A DNA stretch of 64,000 nt, taken from positions 322,338,001-322,402,000 of the forward strand of contig OZ024743.1 in assembly GCA_964016885.1 (NCBI GenBank). Direction: 5' to 3'. The position numbers and the translations under genes are program-made. Under the pieces are notes generated by a model. It worked only from the letters and a program-made list of their open reading frames with translations. It made no database searches and was not told the origin of the DNA. Shown piece after piece: positions 43,621-59,200 of this stretch; the stretch's first letter is position 1, and every line of letters begins with the position of its first letter. Source of the stretch: Eledone cirrhosa (lineage: Eukaryota).

Positions 43621-44294
43621 GCTACTGTAAAAGACACTTACCCACCTTGATCTGGGTCCTTAACTTGGAGCTATAGTAAAAGACACTTACCCACCTCGAT
43701 CTGGGTCCTTAACTTGGAGCTACAGTAAAACATATTACCCACCTTGATCTGGGTCCTTAACTTGGAGCTACAGTAAAACACACTTACCCACTTCTATCTG
43801 GGTCCTTAACTTGGAGGTAGAGTAAAACACACTTACCCACCTTGATCTGGGTCCTTAACTTGGAGCTACAGTAAAACACACTTACCCACCTCGATCTGGG
43901 TCCTTAACTTGGAGGTACAATAAAACACACAAACCCACCTCGATCTGGGTCCTTAACTTGGAGCTACAGTAAAAGACACTTACCCACCTCGATCTGGGTC
44001 CTTAACTTGGAGCTAGAGTAAAACACTTAGCCACCTCGATCTGTGTGATTAACTTGGAGCGACAATAAAACACATTTACCCACCTCAATCTGGTTCCTTA
44101 ACTTGGAGCTACAGTAAAACACACTTACCCACCTCGATCTGGGTCCTTAACATGGAGCTACAGTAAAACACACTTACCCACTTCGATCTGGGTCCTTAAC
44201 TTGGAGCTACAGTAAAAGACACTTACCCACCTTGATCTGGGTCCTTAACTTGGACCTACAGTAAAGAGACACTTACCCACCTCGATCTGGGTCC

Positions 44295-47200
44295 TTAACT
44301 TGGAGCTACAATAAAATACACTTACCCACCTCGATCTGGGTCCTTAACTTGGAACTACAGTAAAACGTATTACCCACCTCGATCTGGGTCCTTAAATTGG
44401 AGCTACAGTAAAACACAATTACTCACCTCGATCTGGGTCCTTAACTTGGAGCTATAGTAAAAGACACTTTCCCACCTCGATCTGGGTCCTTAACTTGGAG
44501 CTAGAGTAAAACACTTAGCTACCTCGATCTGTGTGCTTAACTTGGAGCGACAATAAAACACATTTACCCACCTCAATCTGGTTCCTTAACTTGGAGCTAC
44601 AGTAAAACACACTTACCCACCTCGATCTGGGTCCTTAACTTGGAGGTACAATAAAACACACTTACCCTCCTCGATCTGGGTCCTTAACTTGGAGCTACAG
44701 TAAAGAGACACTTACCCACCTCGATCTGGGTCCTTAACTTGGAGCTACAGTAAAACACCCCTACCCAGATTGATCTGGGTCCTTAACTTGGAACTAAAGT
44801 AAAACATATTAACCACCTTGATCTGGGTCCTTAACTTGGAGCTACAGTAAAACACACTTACCCACCTCGATCTGTGTGCTTAACTTGGAGCTACAGTAAA
44901 ACACATTTACCCACCTCAATCTGGTTCGTTAACTTGGAGCTACAGTAAAACACACTTACTCACCTCGATCTGGGTCCTTAACTTGGAGCTATAGTAAAAG
45001 ACACTTACCCACCTTGATCTGGGTCCTTAACTTGGAGCTAGAGTAAAACACTTACCCACTTCGATCTGCGTGCTTAACTTGGAGCTACAATAAAACACAT
45101 TTACCCACCTCAATCTGGTTCCTTAACTTGGAGCTACAATAAAAGACACTTACCCACCCCGATCTGGGTCCTTTACTTGGTGCTACAGTAAAACACACTT
45201 ACCCACATTGATCTGGGTCCTTAACTTGGAGCTACGGTAAAAGACACTTACCCACCTTATCTGGGTCCATAACTTGGAGCTTCAGTAGAAGAGACTTACC
45301 CGCCTCGATCTGGGTCCTTAACTTGGAGCTACAGTAAAATACACTTACCCATCTCGATCTGTGTCCTTAACTTGGAGCTTCAGTAAAAGACACTTACCCA
45401 CCTCGATCTGGGTCCTTAACTTGTAGCTACAGTAAAAGTCACATAACCACCTCGATCTGGGTCCTTAACTTGGAGCTACAGTAAAACATACTTACCCACC
45501 TCAATCTGGGTCCTTAACTCGGAGCTACAGTAAAACACCCTTACCCACATTTATCTGGGTCCTTAACTTAGAACTACAGTAAAAAATATTACCCACCTAG
45601 ATCTGGGTCCTTAACTTGGAGCTACAGTAAAAGACACTGGCCCACCTCGATCTGGGTCCTTAACTTGGAGCTACAGTAAAAGACACTACCGACCTCGATC
45701 TGGGTCCTTAACTTGGAGCTACAGTAAAACATACTTACCCACCTCGATATGGGTCCTTAACTTGGAGCTTCAGTAAATGACACGTACAAACATCAATCTG
45801 CGTCCTTAACTTAAAAGACACTTACCCACCTCTATCTGGGTCCTTAACTTGGAGCTACCGTAAAAGACACTTACCCACCTTGATCTGGGTCCTTAAATTG
45901 GAACTACAGTAAAAGACACTTAACCACCTTCATCTAGGTGCTTAACTTGGAGTTACAGTAAAAGACAACTACCCACCTCGATCTTGGTCCTTAACTTGGA
46001 GCTACAGTAAAACACTTACCCACCTCGATCTTGGTCCTTAACTTGGAGCTACAATAAAACACACTTACCCACCTCAATCTGGTTCTTTTACTTGGAGCTA
46101 CAGTAAAAGACACTTACCCAGCTTGATCTGGGTCCTTAACTTGGAACTACAGTAAAAGACACTTAACCACCTCGATCTGTGTCCTTAAATTGGAGCTACA
46201 ATAAAATACACTTACCCACCTCGATCTGGGTCCTTAACTTGGAACTACAGTAAAACGTATTACCCACCTCGATCTGGGTCCTTAACTTGGAGCTACAGTA
46301 AAACACAATTACTCACCTCGATCTGGGTCCTTAACTTGGAGCTATAGTAAAAGACACTTTCCCACCTCGATCTGGGTCCTTAACTTGGAGCTACAGTAAA
46401 AGACACTTACCCACCTTGATCTGGGTCCTTAACTTGGAGCTACAGTAAAAGACACTTACCCACCTCGATCTGGGTCCTTAACTTGGAGCTACAGTAAAAC
46501 ACCCTTACCCACATTTATCTGGGTCCTTAACTTGGAACTACAGTAAAACATATTACCCACCTCGATCTGGGTCCTTAACTTGGAGCTACAGTAAAACACA
46601 CTTACCCACTTCGATCTGGGTCCTTAACTTGGAGCTAGAGTAAAACACACTTACCCACCTTGATCTGGGTCCTTAACTTGGAGCTACAGTAAAACACACT
46701 TACCCACCTCGATCTGGGTCCTTAACTTGGAGGTACAATAAAACACACTTACCCACCTCGATCTGGGTCCTTAACATGGAGCTACAGTAAAAGACACTAC
46801 CCACCTCGATCTGGGTCCTTAACTTGGAGCTACAGTAAAAGACACTTACCCACCTCGATCTGGGTCCTTAACTTGGAGCTAGTGTAAAACACTTAGCCAC
46901 CTCGATCTGTGTGCTTAACTTGGAGCGACAATAAAACACATTTACCCACCTCAATCTGGTTCCTTAACTTGGAGCTACAGTAAAACACACTTACCCACCT
47001 CGATATGGGTCCTTAACTTGGAGGTACAATAAAACACACTTACCCACCTCGATCTGGGTCCTTAACATGGAGCTACAGTAAAACACACTTACCCACTTCT
47101 ATCTGTGTCCTTAACTTGGAGCTAGAGTAAAAGACACTTACCCACCTTGATCTGGTTCTTTAACTTGGAGCTACACAAAAAGACACTTACCCAGCTTGAT

Positions 47201-50200
47201 CTGGGTCCTTAACTTGGAGCTACAGTAAAAGACACTTAACCAACTCGATCTGGATCCTTAACTTGGAGCTACAATAAAATACACTTACCCACCTCGATCT
47301 GGGTCCTTAACTTGGAACTACAGTAAAACGTATTACCCACCTCGATCTGGGTCCTTAACTTGGAGCTACAGTAAAACACAATTACTCACCTCGATCTGGG
47401 TCCTTAACTTGGAGCTATAGTAAAAGACACTTTCCCACCTCGATCTGGGTCCTTAACTTGGAGCTAGAGTAAAACACTTAGCTACCTCGATCTGTGTGCT
47501 TAACTTGGAGCGACAATAAAACACATTTACCCACCTCAATCTGGTTCCTTAACTTGGAGCTACAGTAAAACACACTTACCCACCTCGATCTGGGTCCTTA
47601 ACTTGGAGGTACAATAAAACACACTTACCCTCCTCGATCTGGGTCCTTAACTTGGAGCTACAGTAAAGAGACACTTACCCACCTCGATCTGGGTCCTTAA
47701 CTTGGAGCTACAGTAAAACACCCCTACCCAGATTGATCTGGGTCCTTAACTTGGAACTAAAGTAAAACATATTAACCACCTTGATCTGGGTCCTTAACTT
47801 GGAGCTACAGTAAAACACACTTACCCACCTCGATCTGTGTGCTTAACTTGGAGCTACAGTAAAACACATTTACCCACCTCAATCTGGTTCCTTAACTTGG
47901 AGCTACAGTAAAACACACTTACTCACCTCGATCTGGGTCCTTAACTTGGAGCTATAGTAAAAGACACTTACCCACCTTGATCTGGGTCCTTAACTTGGAG
48001 CTAGAGTAAAACACTTACCCACTTCGATCTGCGTGCTTAACTTGGAGCTACAATAAAACACATTTACCCACCTCAATCTGGTTCCTTAACTTGGAGCTAC
48101 AATAAAAGACACTTACCCACCCCGATCTGGGTCCTTTACTTGGTGCTACAGTAAAACACACTTACCCACATTGATCTGGGTCCTTAACTTGGAGCTACGG
48201 TAAAAGACACTTACCCACCTTATCTGGGTCCATAACTTGGAGCTTCAGTAGAAGAGACTTACCCGCCTCGATCTGGGTCCTTAACTTGGAGCTACAGTAA
48301 AATACACTTACCCATCTCGATCTGTGTCCTTAACTTGGAGCTTCAGTAAAAGACACTTACCCACCTCGATCTGGGTCCTTAACTTGTAGCTACAGTAAAA
48401 GTCACATAACCACCTCGATCTGGGTCCTTAACTTGGAGCTACAGTAAAACATACTTACCCACCTCAATCTGGGTCCTTAACTCGGAGCTACAGTAAAACA
48501 CCCTTACCCACATTTATCTGGGTCCTTAACTTAGAACTACAGTAAAAAATATTACCCACCTAGATCTGGGTCCTTAACTTGGAGCTACAGTAAAAGACAC
48601 TGGCCCACCTCGATCTGGGTCCTTAACTTGGAGCTACAGTAAAAGACACTACCGACCTCGATCTGGGTCCTTAACTTGGAGCTACAGTAAAACATACTTA
48701 CCCACCTCGATATGGGTCCTTAACTTGGAGCTTCAGTAAATGACACGTACAAACATCAATCTGCGTCCTTAACTTAAAAGACACTTACCCACCTCTATCT
48801 GGGTCCTTAACTTGGAGCTACCGTAAAAGACACTTACCCACCTTGATCTGGGTCCTTAAATTGGAACTACAGTAAAAGACACTTAACCACCTTCATCTAG
48901 GTGCTTAACTTGGAGTTACAGTAAAAGACAACTACCCACCTCGATCTTGGTCCTTAACTTGGAGCTACAGTAAAACACTTACCCACCTCGATCTTGGTCC
49001 TTAACTTGGAGCTACAATAAAACACACTTACCCACCTCAATCTGGTTCTTTTACTTGGAGCTACAGTAAAAGACACTTACCCAGCTTGATCTGGGTCCTT
49101 AACTTGGAACTACAGTAAAAGACACTTAACCACCTCGATCTGTGTCCTTAAATTGGAGCTACAATAAAATACACTTACCCACCTCGATCTGGGTCCTTAA
49201 CTTGGAACTACAGTAAAACGTATTACCCACCTCGATCTGGGTCCTTAACTTGGAGCTACAGTAAAACACAATTACTCACCTCGATCTGGGTCCTTAACTT
49301 GGAGCTATAGTAAAAGACACTTTCCCACCTCGATCTGGGTCCTTAACTTGGAGCTACAGTAAAAGACACTTACCCACCTTGATCTGGGTCCTTAACTTGG
49401 AGCTACAGTAAAAGACACTTACCCACCTCGATCTGGGTCCTTAACTTGGAGCTACAGTAAAACACCCTTACCCACATTTATCTGGGTCCTTAACTTGGAA
49501 CTACAGTAAAACATATTACCCACCTCGATCTGGGTCCTTAACTTGGAGCTACAGTAAAACACACTTACCCACTTCGATCTGGGTCCTTAACTTGGAGCTA
49601 GAGTAAAACACACTTACCCACCTTGATCTGGGTCCTTAACTTGGAGCTACAGTAAAACACACTTACCCACCTCGATCTGGGTCCTTAACTTGGAGGTACA
49701 ATAAAACACACTTACCCACCTCGATCTGGGTCCTTAACATGGAGCTACAGTAAAAGACACTACCCACCTCGATCTGGGTCCTTAACTTGGAGCTACAGTA
49801 AAAGACACTTACCCACCTCGATCTGGGTCCTTAACTTGGAGCTAGTGTAAAACACTTAGCCACCTCGATCTGTGTGCTTAACTTGGAGCGACAATAAAAC
49901 ACATTTACCCACCTCAATCTGGTTCCTTAACTTGGAGCTACAGTAAAACACACTTACCCACCTCGATATGGGTCCTTAACTTGGAGGTACAATAAAACAC
50001 ACTTACCCACCTCGATCTGGGTCCTTAACATGGAGCTACAGTAAAACACACTTACCCACTTCTATCTGTGTCCTTAACTTGGAGCTAGAGTAAAAGACAC
50101 TTACCCACCTTGATCTGGTTCTTTAACTTGGAGCTACACAAAAAGACACTTACCCAGCTTGATCTGGGTCCTTAACTTGGAGCTACAGTAAAAGACACTT

Positions 50201-50224
50201 AACCAACTCGATCTGGATCCTTAA
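44295..50224. repeat. 2963-bp (~61-monomer) near-identical tandem duplication
   Basis: ataaaatacac 44311/47274, cgtacaaacatcaat 45783/48746 and ctacacaaaaag 47171/50134 all at offset 2963. Private variants cttagctacc, cccagattg, gaagagactt and cttcatctagg are present in both copies. Confidence 0.94.
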
Positions 50225-53200
50225 ATTGGAGCTACGATAAAACACACTTACCCACCTATATCTGGGTCCTTAACTTGGAACTACAGTAAAACATATTACC
50301 CACCTTGATCTGGGTCCTTAACTTGGAGCTACAGTAAAACACACTTACCCACCTCGATCTGGGTCCTTAACTTGGAGGTACAGTAAAAGACACTACCCAC
50401 CTTGATCTGGGTCCTTAACTTGGAGCTACAGTAAAAGACACATACCCACCTCGATCTGGGTCCTTAAATTGGAGCTAGAGTAAAACACTTAGCCACCTCG
50501 ATCTGTGTGCTTAACTTGGAGCTACAATAAAACACATTTACCCACCTCAATCTGGTTCCTTAACTTGGAGCTACAGTAAAACACAATTACCCACCTCTAT
50601 CTGGGTCCTTAACTTGGATCTACGATAAAACACACTTACCCACAGTGATCTGGTCATTTACTTGGTGCTACAGTAAAACACACTTACCCACCTTGATCTG
50701 GGTCCTTAACTTGGAGCTACAGTAAAAGACACTTACCCACCTCTATCTGGGTCCTTAACTTGGAGCTTCAGTAAAAGACACTTACCCACCATGATCTGGG
50801 TCCTTAACTTGGAACTTCAGTAAAAGACACTTACCCACCTCTATCTGGGTCCTTAACTTGGAGCTACAGTAGAAGACACTTACCCACCTCGATCTGGGTC
50901 TTTAACTTAGAGCTACAGTAAAACATACTTACCCACCTCGATCTTGGTCCTTAACTTGTAGCTACAGTAAAAGTCACATAACCACCTCGATCTGGTTCCT
51001 TAACTTGGTGCTACGATAAAACACACTTACCCACCACGATCTGGGTCCTTAACTTGGAACTACAGTAAAAGACACTTACCCAGCTTGATCTGGGTCCTTA
51101 ACTTGGAGCTACAGTAAAAGACACTTACCCACCTCGATCTGGGACCTTTACTTGGACCTTCAGTAAAAGACACTTACCCACCTCTATCTGGGTCCTTAAC
51201 TTGGAGCTACAGTAAAAGACACTTACCCACATCGATCTGGGTCCTTAACTTGGAGCTACAGTAAAAGACACTTACCCACCTTGATCTGGGTCCTTAACTT
51301 GGAGCTACAGTAAAAGACACTTACCCACCTCGATCTGGGTCCTTAACTTGGAGCTACAGTAAAACACCCTTACCCACATTTATCTGGGTCCTTAACTTGG
51401 AACTACAGTAAAACATATTACCCAACTTGATCTGGGTCCTTAACTTGAAGCTACAGTAAAAGATACTTACCCACCTTGATCTGGGTCCTTAACTTGGAGC
51501 TACAGTAAAAGACACTTACCCACCCTGTCTGGGTCCTTAACTTGGAGCTAGAGTAAAACACTTACCCACCTCGAGCTGGGTCCTTAACTTGGAGGTACAA
51601 TAAAACACACTTACCCACCTTTATCTGGGTCCTTAACATGGAGCTACAGTAAAACACACTTACCCACCTCGATCTGGGTCCTTAACTTGGAGGTACAATA
51701 AAACACACTTACCCACCTCGATCTGGGTCCTTAACATGGAGCTACAGTAAAACACACTTACCCACTTTTATCTGTGTCCTTAACTTGGAGCTAGAGTAAA
51801 ACACACTTACCCACCTTGATCTGGTTCTTTAACTTGGAGCTACACAAAAAGACACTTACCCAGCTTGATCTAGGTCCTTAACTTGGAGCTACAGTAAAAG
51901 ACACTTAACCACCTCGATCTGGGTCCTTAAATTGGAGCTACGATAAAACACACTTACCCACCTCTATCTGGGTCCTTAACTTGGAACTACAGTAAAACAT
52001 ATTACCCACCTTGATCTGGGTCCTTAACATGGAGCTACAGTAAAAGACACTACCCACCTCGATCTGGGTCCTTAACTTGGAGCTACAGTAAAAGACACTT
52101 ACCCACCTCGATCTGGGTCCTTAACTTGGAGCTAGAGTAAAACACTTAGCCACCTCGATCTGTGTGCTTAACTTGGAGCTACAATAAAACACATTTACCC
52201 ACCTCAATCTGGTTCCTTAACTTGGAGCTACAGTAAAACACACTTACCCACCTCGATCTGGGTCCTTAACTTGGAGCTACGATAAAACACACTTACCCAC
52301 CGTGATCTGGTCATTTACTTGGTGCTACAGTAAAACACACTTACCCACCTTGATCTGGGTCCTTAACTTGGAGCTACAGTAAAAGACACTTACCCACCTC
52401 GATCTGGGTCCTTAACTTGGAGCTACAGTAAAACACCCTTACCCACATTGATCTGGGTCCTTAACTTGGAACTACAGCAAAACATATTACCCACCTTGAT
52501 CTGGGTCCTTAACTTGGAGCTACAGTAAAACACACTTACACACCTCGATCTGTGTGCTTAACTTGGAGGTACAATAAAACACATTTACCGACCTCAATCT
52601 GGTTCCTTAACTTGGAGCTACAGTAAAAGACACTTACCCACCTCGATCTGGGTCCTTAACTTGGAGCTACAATAAAAGACACTTACCCACCTCGATCTGG
52701 TCATTTACTTGGTGCTACAGTAAAACACACTTACCCACCTTGATCTGGGTCCTTAACTTGGAGCTACAGTAAAAGACACTTACCCACCTCTATCTGGGTC
52801 CTTAACTTGGAGCTTCAGTAAAAGACACTTACCCACCATGATCTGGGTCCTTAACTTGGAGCTACAGTAAAAGACACTTACCCACCTTGATCTGGGTCCT
52901 TAACTTGGAGCTACAGTAAAAGACACTTACCCACCTCGATCTGGGTCCTTAACTTGGAGCTACAGTAAAACACCCTTACCCACAATGATCTGGGTCCTTA
53001 ACTTGGAACTACAGTAAAACACCCTTACCCACAATGATCTGGGTCCTTAACTTGGAACTACAGTAAAACATATTACCCACCTTGATCTGGGTCCTTAACT
53101 TGGAGCTACAGTAAAACACACTTACACACCTCGATCTGTGTGCTTAACTTAGAGCTACAATAAAACACATTTACCCACCTCAATCTGGTTCCTTAACTTG

Positions 53201-56200
53201 GAGCTACAGTAAAACACACTTACCTCGATCTGGGTCCTTAACTTGGAGCTATAGTAAAGGACACTTACCCACATCGATCTGGGTCCTTAACTTGGAGCTA
53301 CAGTAAAAGACACTTACCCCCCTCGATCTGGGTCCTTAACTTGGAGCTAGAGTAAAACACTTACCTACTTCGATCTGTGTGCTTAACTTGGAGCTACAAT
53401 AAAACACATTTACCCACCTCAATCTGGTTCCTTAACTTGGAGCTACAATAAAAGACACTTACCCACCCCGATCTGGGTCCTTTACTTGGTGCTACAGTAA
53501 AACACACTTACCCACCTTTATCTGGGTCCTTAACTTGGAGCTACAGTAAAAGACACTGGCCGACTTCGATCTGGGTCCTTAACTTGGAGCTACAGTAAAA
53601 CATACTTACCCACCTCGATATGGATCCTTAACTTGGAGCTACAGTAAATGACACGTACCCATATCGATCTGCGTCCTTAACTTAAAAGACACTTACCCAC
53701 CTCTATCTGGGTTCTTAACTTGGAGCTACCGTAAAAGACACTTACCCACCTTGATCTGGGTCCTTAAATTGGAACTACAGTAAAAGACACTTAACCACCT
53801 CAATCTTGGTCCTTAACTTGGAGCTACAGTAAAACACCTACCCACCTCGATCTGGGTCCTTAACTTGGAGCTACAATAAAACACACTTACCCACCTCAAT
53901 CTCGTTCTTTAGCTTGGAGCTACAGTAAAAGACACTTACCCAGCTTGATCTGGGTCCTTAACTTGGAGCTACAGTAAAAGACACTTAACCACCTCGATCT
54001 GGGTCCTTAACTTGGAGCTACGATAAAACACACTTACCCACCTCGATCTGGGTCCTTAACTTGGAACTACAGTAAAACATATTACCCACCTCGATCTGGG
54101 TCCTTAACTTGGAGCTACAGTAAAACACACTTACTCACCTCGATCTGGGTCCTTAACTTGGAGCTTTAGTAAAAGACACTTATCCACCTCGATCTGGGTC
54201 CTTAACTTGGAACTACAGTAAAACATATTACCCACCATGATCTGGGTCCTTAACTTGGAGCTACAGTAAAAGACACTTACCCACCTTGATCTGGGTCCTT
54301 AACTTGGAGCTACAGTAAAAGACAATTACCCACCCTGATCTGGGTCCTTAACTTGGAGCTAGAGTAAAACACTTACCCACCTCGATCTGGGTCCTTAACT
54401 TGGAGGTACAATAAAATACACTTACCCACCTTGATCTGGGTCCTTAACATGGAGCTACAGTAAAACACACTTACACACCTCGATCTGGGTCCTTAACTTG
54501 GAGGTACACTAAAACACACTTACCCACCTCGTTCTGGGTCCTTAACATGGAGCTACAGTAAAACACACTTACCCACTTCTATCTGGGTCCTAAACTTGGA
54601 GCTAGAGTAAAACACACTTACCCACCTTGATCTGGGTCCTTAACTTGGAGGTAAAGTAAAACACACTTACCCACCTCGATCTGGGTCCTTAACTTGGAGG
54701 TACAATAAAACACACTTACCCACCTCGATCTGGGTCCTTAACATGGAGCTACAGTAAAAGACACTACCCACCTCGATCTGGGTCCTTAACTTGGAGCTAC
54801 AGTAAAAGACACTTACCCACCTCGATCTGTGTGCTTAACTTGGAGCTACAATAAAAGACACTTACCCACCTCAATCGGATTCCTTAACTTGGAGCTACAG
54901 TAAAATACACTTACCCACCTCGATCTGGGTCCTTAACTTGGAGCTACGATAAAACACACTTACCCACCGTGATCTGGGTCCTTACTTGGAGCTACAATAA
55001 AAGACACTTACCCACCTCGATCTGGGTCCTTAACTTGGAGCTACAATAAAAGACACTTACCCACCTCGATCTGGTCTTTTACTTGGTGCTACAGTAAAAC
55101 ACACTTACCCACCTTGATCTGGGTCCTTAACTTGGAGCTACAGTAAAGACACTTACCCACCTCTATCTGGGTCCTTAACTTGGAGCTTCAGTAAAAGACA
55201 CTTACCCACCTCTATCTGGGACGATAACTTGGAGCTTCAGTAAAAGACACTTACCCGCCTCGATCTGGGTCCTTAACTTGGAGCTACAGTAAAATACACT
55301 TACCCATCTCGATCTGTGTCCTTAACTTGGAGCTTCAGTAAAAGACACTTACCCACCTCGATCTGGGTCCTTAACTTGTAGCTACAGTAGAAGTCACATA
55401 ACCACCTCGATCTGGGTCCTTAACTCGGAGCTGCAGTAAAACATATTACCCACAAAGATCTGGGTCCTTAACTTGGAGCTACAGTAAAAGACACTGGCCC
55501 ACCTCGATATGGGTCCTTAACTTGGAGCTACAGTAAATGACACGTACCCACATCGATCTGCGTCCTTAACTTAAAAGACACTTACCCACCTCTATCTGGG
55601 TTCTTAACTTGGAACTACCGTAAAAGACACTTACCCACCTTGATCTGGGTCCTTAAATTGGAACTACAGTAAAAGACACTTAACCACCTTGATCTTGGTC
55701 CTTAACTTGGAGCTACAGTAAAAGACAACTACCCACCTCAATGTTGGTCCTTAACTTGGAGCTACAGTAAAACACTTACCCACCCGATCTGGGTCCTTAA
55801 CTTGGAGCTACAATAAAACACACTTACCCACCTCAATCTGGTTCTTTAACTTGGAGCTACAGTAAAAGACACTTACCCAGCTTGATCTGGGTCCTTAACT
55901 TGGAGCTACAGTAAAAGACACTTAACCACCTCGATCTGGGTCCTTAACTTGGAGCTACGATAAAACACACTTACCCACCTCGATCTGGGTCCTTTACTTG
56001 GAACTACAGTAAAACATATTACCCACCTCGATCTGGGCCCTTAACTTGGAGCTACAGTAAAACACACTTACTCACCTCGATCTGGGTCATTAACTTGGAG
56101 CTATAGTAAAAGACACTTACCCACCTCGATCTGGGTCCTTAACTTGGAGCTACAGTAAAAGACACTTCCCCACCTTGATCTGGGTCCTTAACTTGGAGCT

Positions 56201-59200
56201 ACAGTAAAAGACACTTACCCACCTCGATCTGGGTCCTTAACTTGGAGCTACAGTAAAACACCCTTACCCACATTGATCTGGGTCCTTAACTTGGAACTAC
56301 AGTAAAACATATTACCCACCTCGATCTGGGTCCTTAACTTGGAGCTACAGTAAAAGACACTTAACCACCTTGATCTTGGTCCTTAACTTGGAGCTACAGT
56401 AAAAGACAACTACCCACCTCAATGTTGGTCCTTTACTTGGAACTACAGTAAAACATATTACCCACCTCGATCTGGGTCCTTAACTTGGAGCTACAGTAAA
56501 ACACACTTACTCACCTCGATCTGGGTCCTTAACTTGGAGGTACAATAAAACACACTTACCCACCTTGATCTGGGTCCTTAACATGGAGCTACAGTAAAAC
56601 ACACTTACCCACCTCGATCTGGGTCCTTAACTTGGAGGTACAATAAAACACACTTACCCACCTCGTTCTGGGTCCTTAACTTGGAGCTACAGTAAAACAC
56701 AATTACCAACTTCTATCTGGGTCCTTAACTTGGAGCTAGAGTAAAACACACTTACCCACCTTGATCTGGGTCCTTAACTTGGAGCTACAGTAAAACATAT
56801 TACCCACCTCGATCTGGGTCCTTAACTTGGAGCTACAGTAAAACACACTTACTCACCTCGATCTGGGTCCTTTACTTGGTGCTACAGTAAAACACACTTA
56901 TCCACCTTGATCTGGGTCCTTAACTTGGAGTTACAGTAAAAGACACTTACCCACCTCTATCTGGGTCCTTATCTTGGAGCTTCAGTAAAAGACACTTACC
57001 CACCTTGATCTGGGTCCTTAACTTGGAGCTTCAGTAAAAGACACTTACCCACCTCTATCTGGGTCCTTAACTTGGAGCTACAGTAGAAGACACTTACCAA
57101 CCTCGATCTGGGTCTTTAAATTAAAGCTACAGTAAAACATACTTACCCACCTCGATCTTGGTCCTTAACTTGTAGCTACAGTAAAAGTCACATAACCACC
57201 TCGATCTGGTTCCTTAACTTGGAGCTACGAGAAAACACACTTACCCACCACGATCTGGGTCCTTAACTTGGAGCTACAGTAAAAGACAACTACCCACCTT
57301 GATCTTGGTCCTTAACTTGGAGCTACAGTAAAACACTTACCCACCTCGATCTGGGTCCTTAACTTGGAACTACAATAAAACACACTTACCCACCTCAATC
57401 TGGTTCTTTAACTTGGAGCTACAGTAAAAGACACTTACCCAGCTTGATCTGGGTCCTTAACTTGGAGCTACAGTAAAAGACACTTACCCACCTCGATCTG
57501 GGTCCTTAACTTGGAGCTACAGTAAAAGACACTTACCCACCTTTATCTGGGTCCTTAAATTAGAGGTACAATAAATCACACTTACCCACCTCGATCTGTG
57601 TCCTTAACTTGGAGCAACAGTAAAAGACACTTACCCACCTCGATCTGGGTCCTTAACTTGGAGCTACAGTAAAAGACACTTACCCACCTCGATTTGGGTC
57701 CTTAACTTGGAGGTACAATAAAACACACTTACCCACCTGATCTGGGTCCTTAACATGGAGCTACAGTAAAACACACTTACCCACCTCGATCTCTGTCCTT
57801 AACTTGAAGCTACAGTAAAACACACTTACCCACCTCCATCTGGGTCCTTAACTTGGAGGTACAGTAAAAGACACTTACCCACTTCGATCTGGGTCCTTAA
57901 CTTGGAGCTACAGTAAAACACCCTTACACACATTGATCTGGGTCCTTAAATTGGAGCTACTGTAAAAGACACTTACCCACCATATCTGTGTCCTTAACTT
58001 GGAGCTACAGTAAAAGACACTTACCCACCTCGTCTGGGTCCTTAACTTGGAGCTACAGTAAAACACACTTACCCACCTGATCTGGTTCCTTAACTTGGAG
58101 CAACAATAAAAGACACTTACCCACCCCGATCTGGGTCCTTTACTTGGTGCTACAGTAAAACACACTTACCCACCTTGATCTGGGTCCTTAACTTGGAGCT
58201 ACAGTAAAAGACACTTACCCACCTCTATCTGGGTCCATAACTTGGAGCTTCAGTAAAAGACACTTACCCGCCTCCATCTGGGTCCTTAACTTGGAGCTAC
58301 AGTAAAATACACTTACCCATCTCGATCTGTGTCCTTAACTTGGAGCTTCAGTAAAAGACACTTACCCACCTCGATCTGGGTCCTTAACTTGTAGCTACAG
58401 TAAAAGTCACATAACCACCTCGATCTGGGTCCTTTACTTGGAGCTACAGTAAAACATACTTACCCACCTCAATCTGGGTCCTTAACTCGGAGCTACAGTA
58501 AAACATATTACCCACCTCGATCTGGGTCCTTAACTTGGAGCTACAGTAAAAGTCACTACCGACCTCGATCTGGTTCCTTAACTTGGAGCTACAGTAAAAC
58601 ATACTTACCCACCTCGATATGGGTCCTTAACTTGGAGCTACAGTAAATGACACGTACCCACATCGATCTGCGTCCTTAACTTAAAAGACACTTACCCACC
58701 TCTATCTGGGTCCTTAACTTGGAGCTACCGTAAAAGACACTTACCCACATTGATCTGGGTCCTTGAATTAGAACTACAGTAAAAGACACTTAACCACCTT
58801 GATCTAGGTCCTTAACTTGGAGCTACAGTAAAAGACACTTAACCACCTCGATCTGGGTCCTTAACTTGGAGCTAGGATAAAACACACTTACCCACCTTGA
58901 TCTAGGTCCTTAACTTGAAACTACAGTAAAACATATTACCCACCTCGATCTGGGTCCTTAACTTGGAGGTACAATAAAACACACTTACCCACCTGATCTG
59001 GGTCCTTAACATGGAGCTACAGTAAAACACACTTACCCACCTTGATCTGGGTCCTTAACTTGGAGCTAGAGTAAAACACAATTACCCACTTTGATCTGGG
59101 TCCTTAACTTGGAGCTACAGTAAAAGACACTTAACCACCTTGATCTAGGTCCTTAACTTGGAGCTACAGTAAAACACACTTACCCACCTCGATCTTGTTC

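Noticed and set aside
57908-58165. 85-aa minus-strand ORF
   Set aside because: Same artefact: GTG start and consecutive 1-bp-deleted monomers, with the deletions at different positions and no coding constraint.
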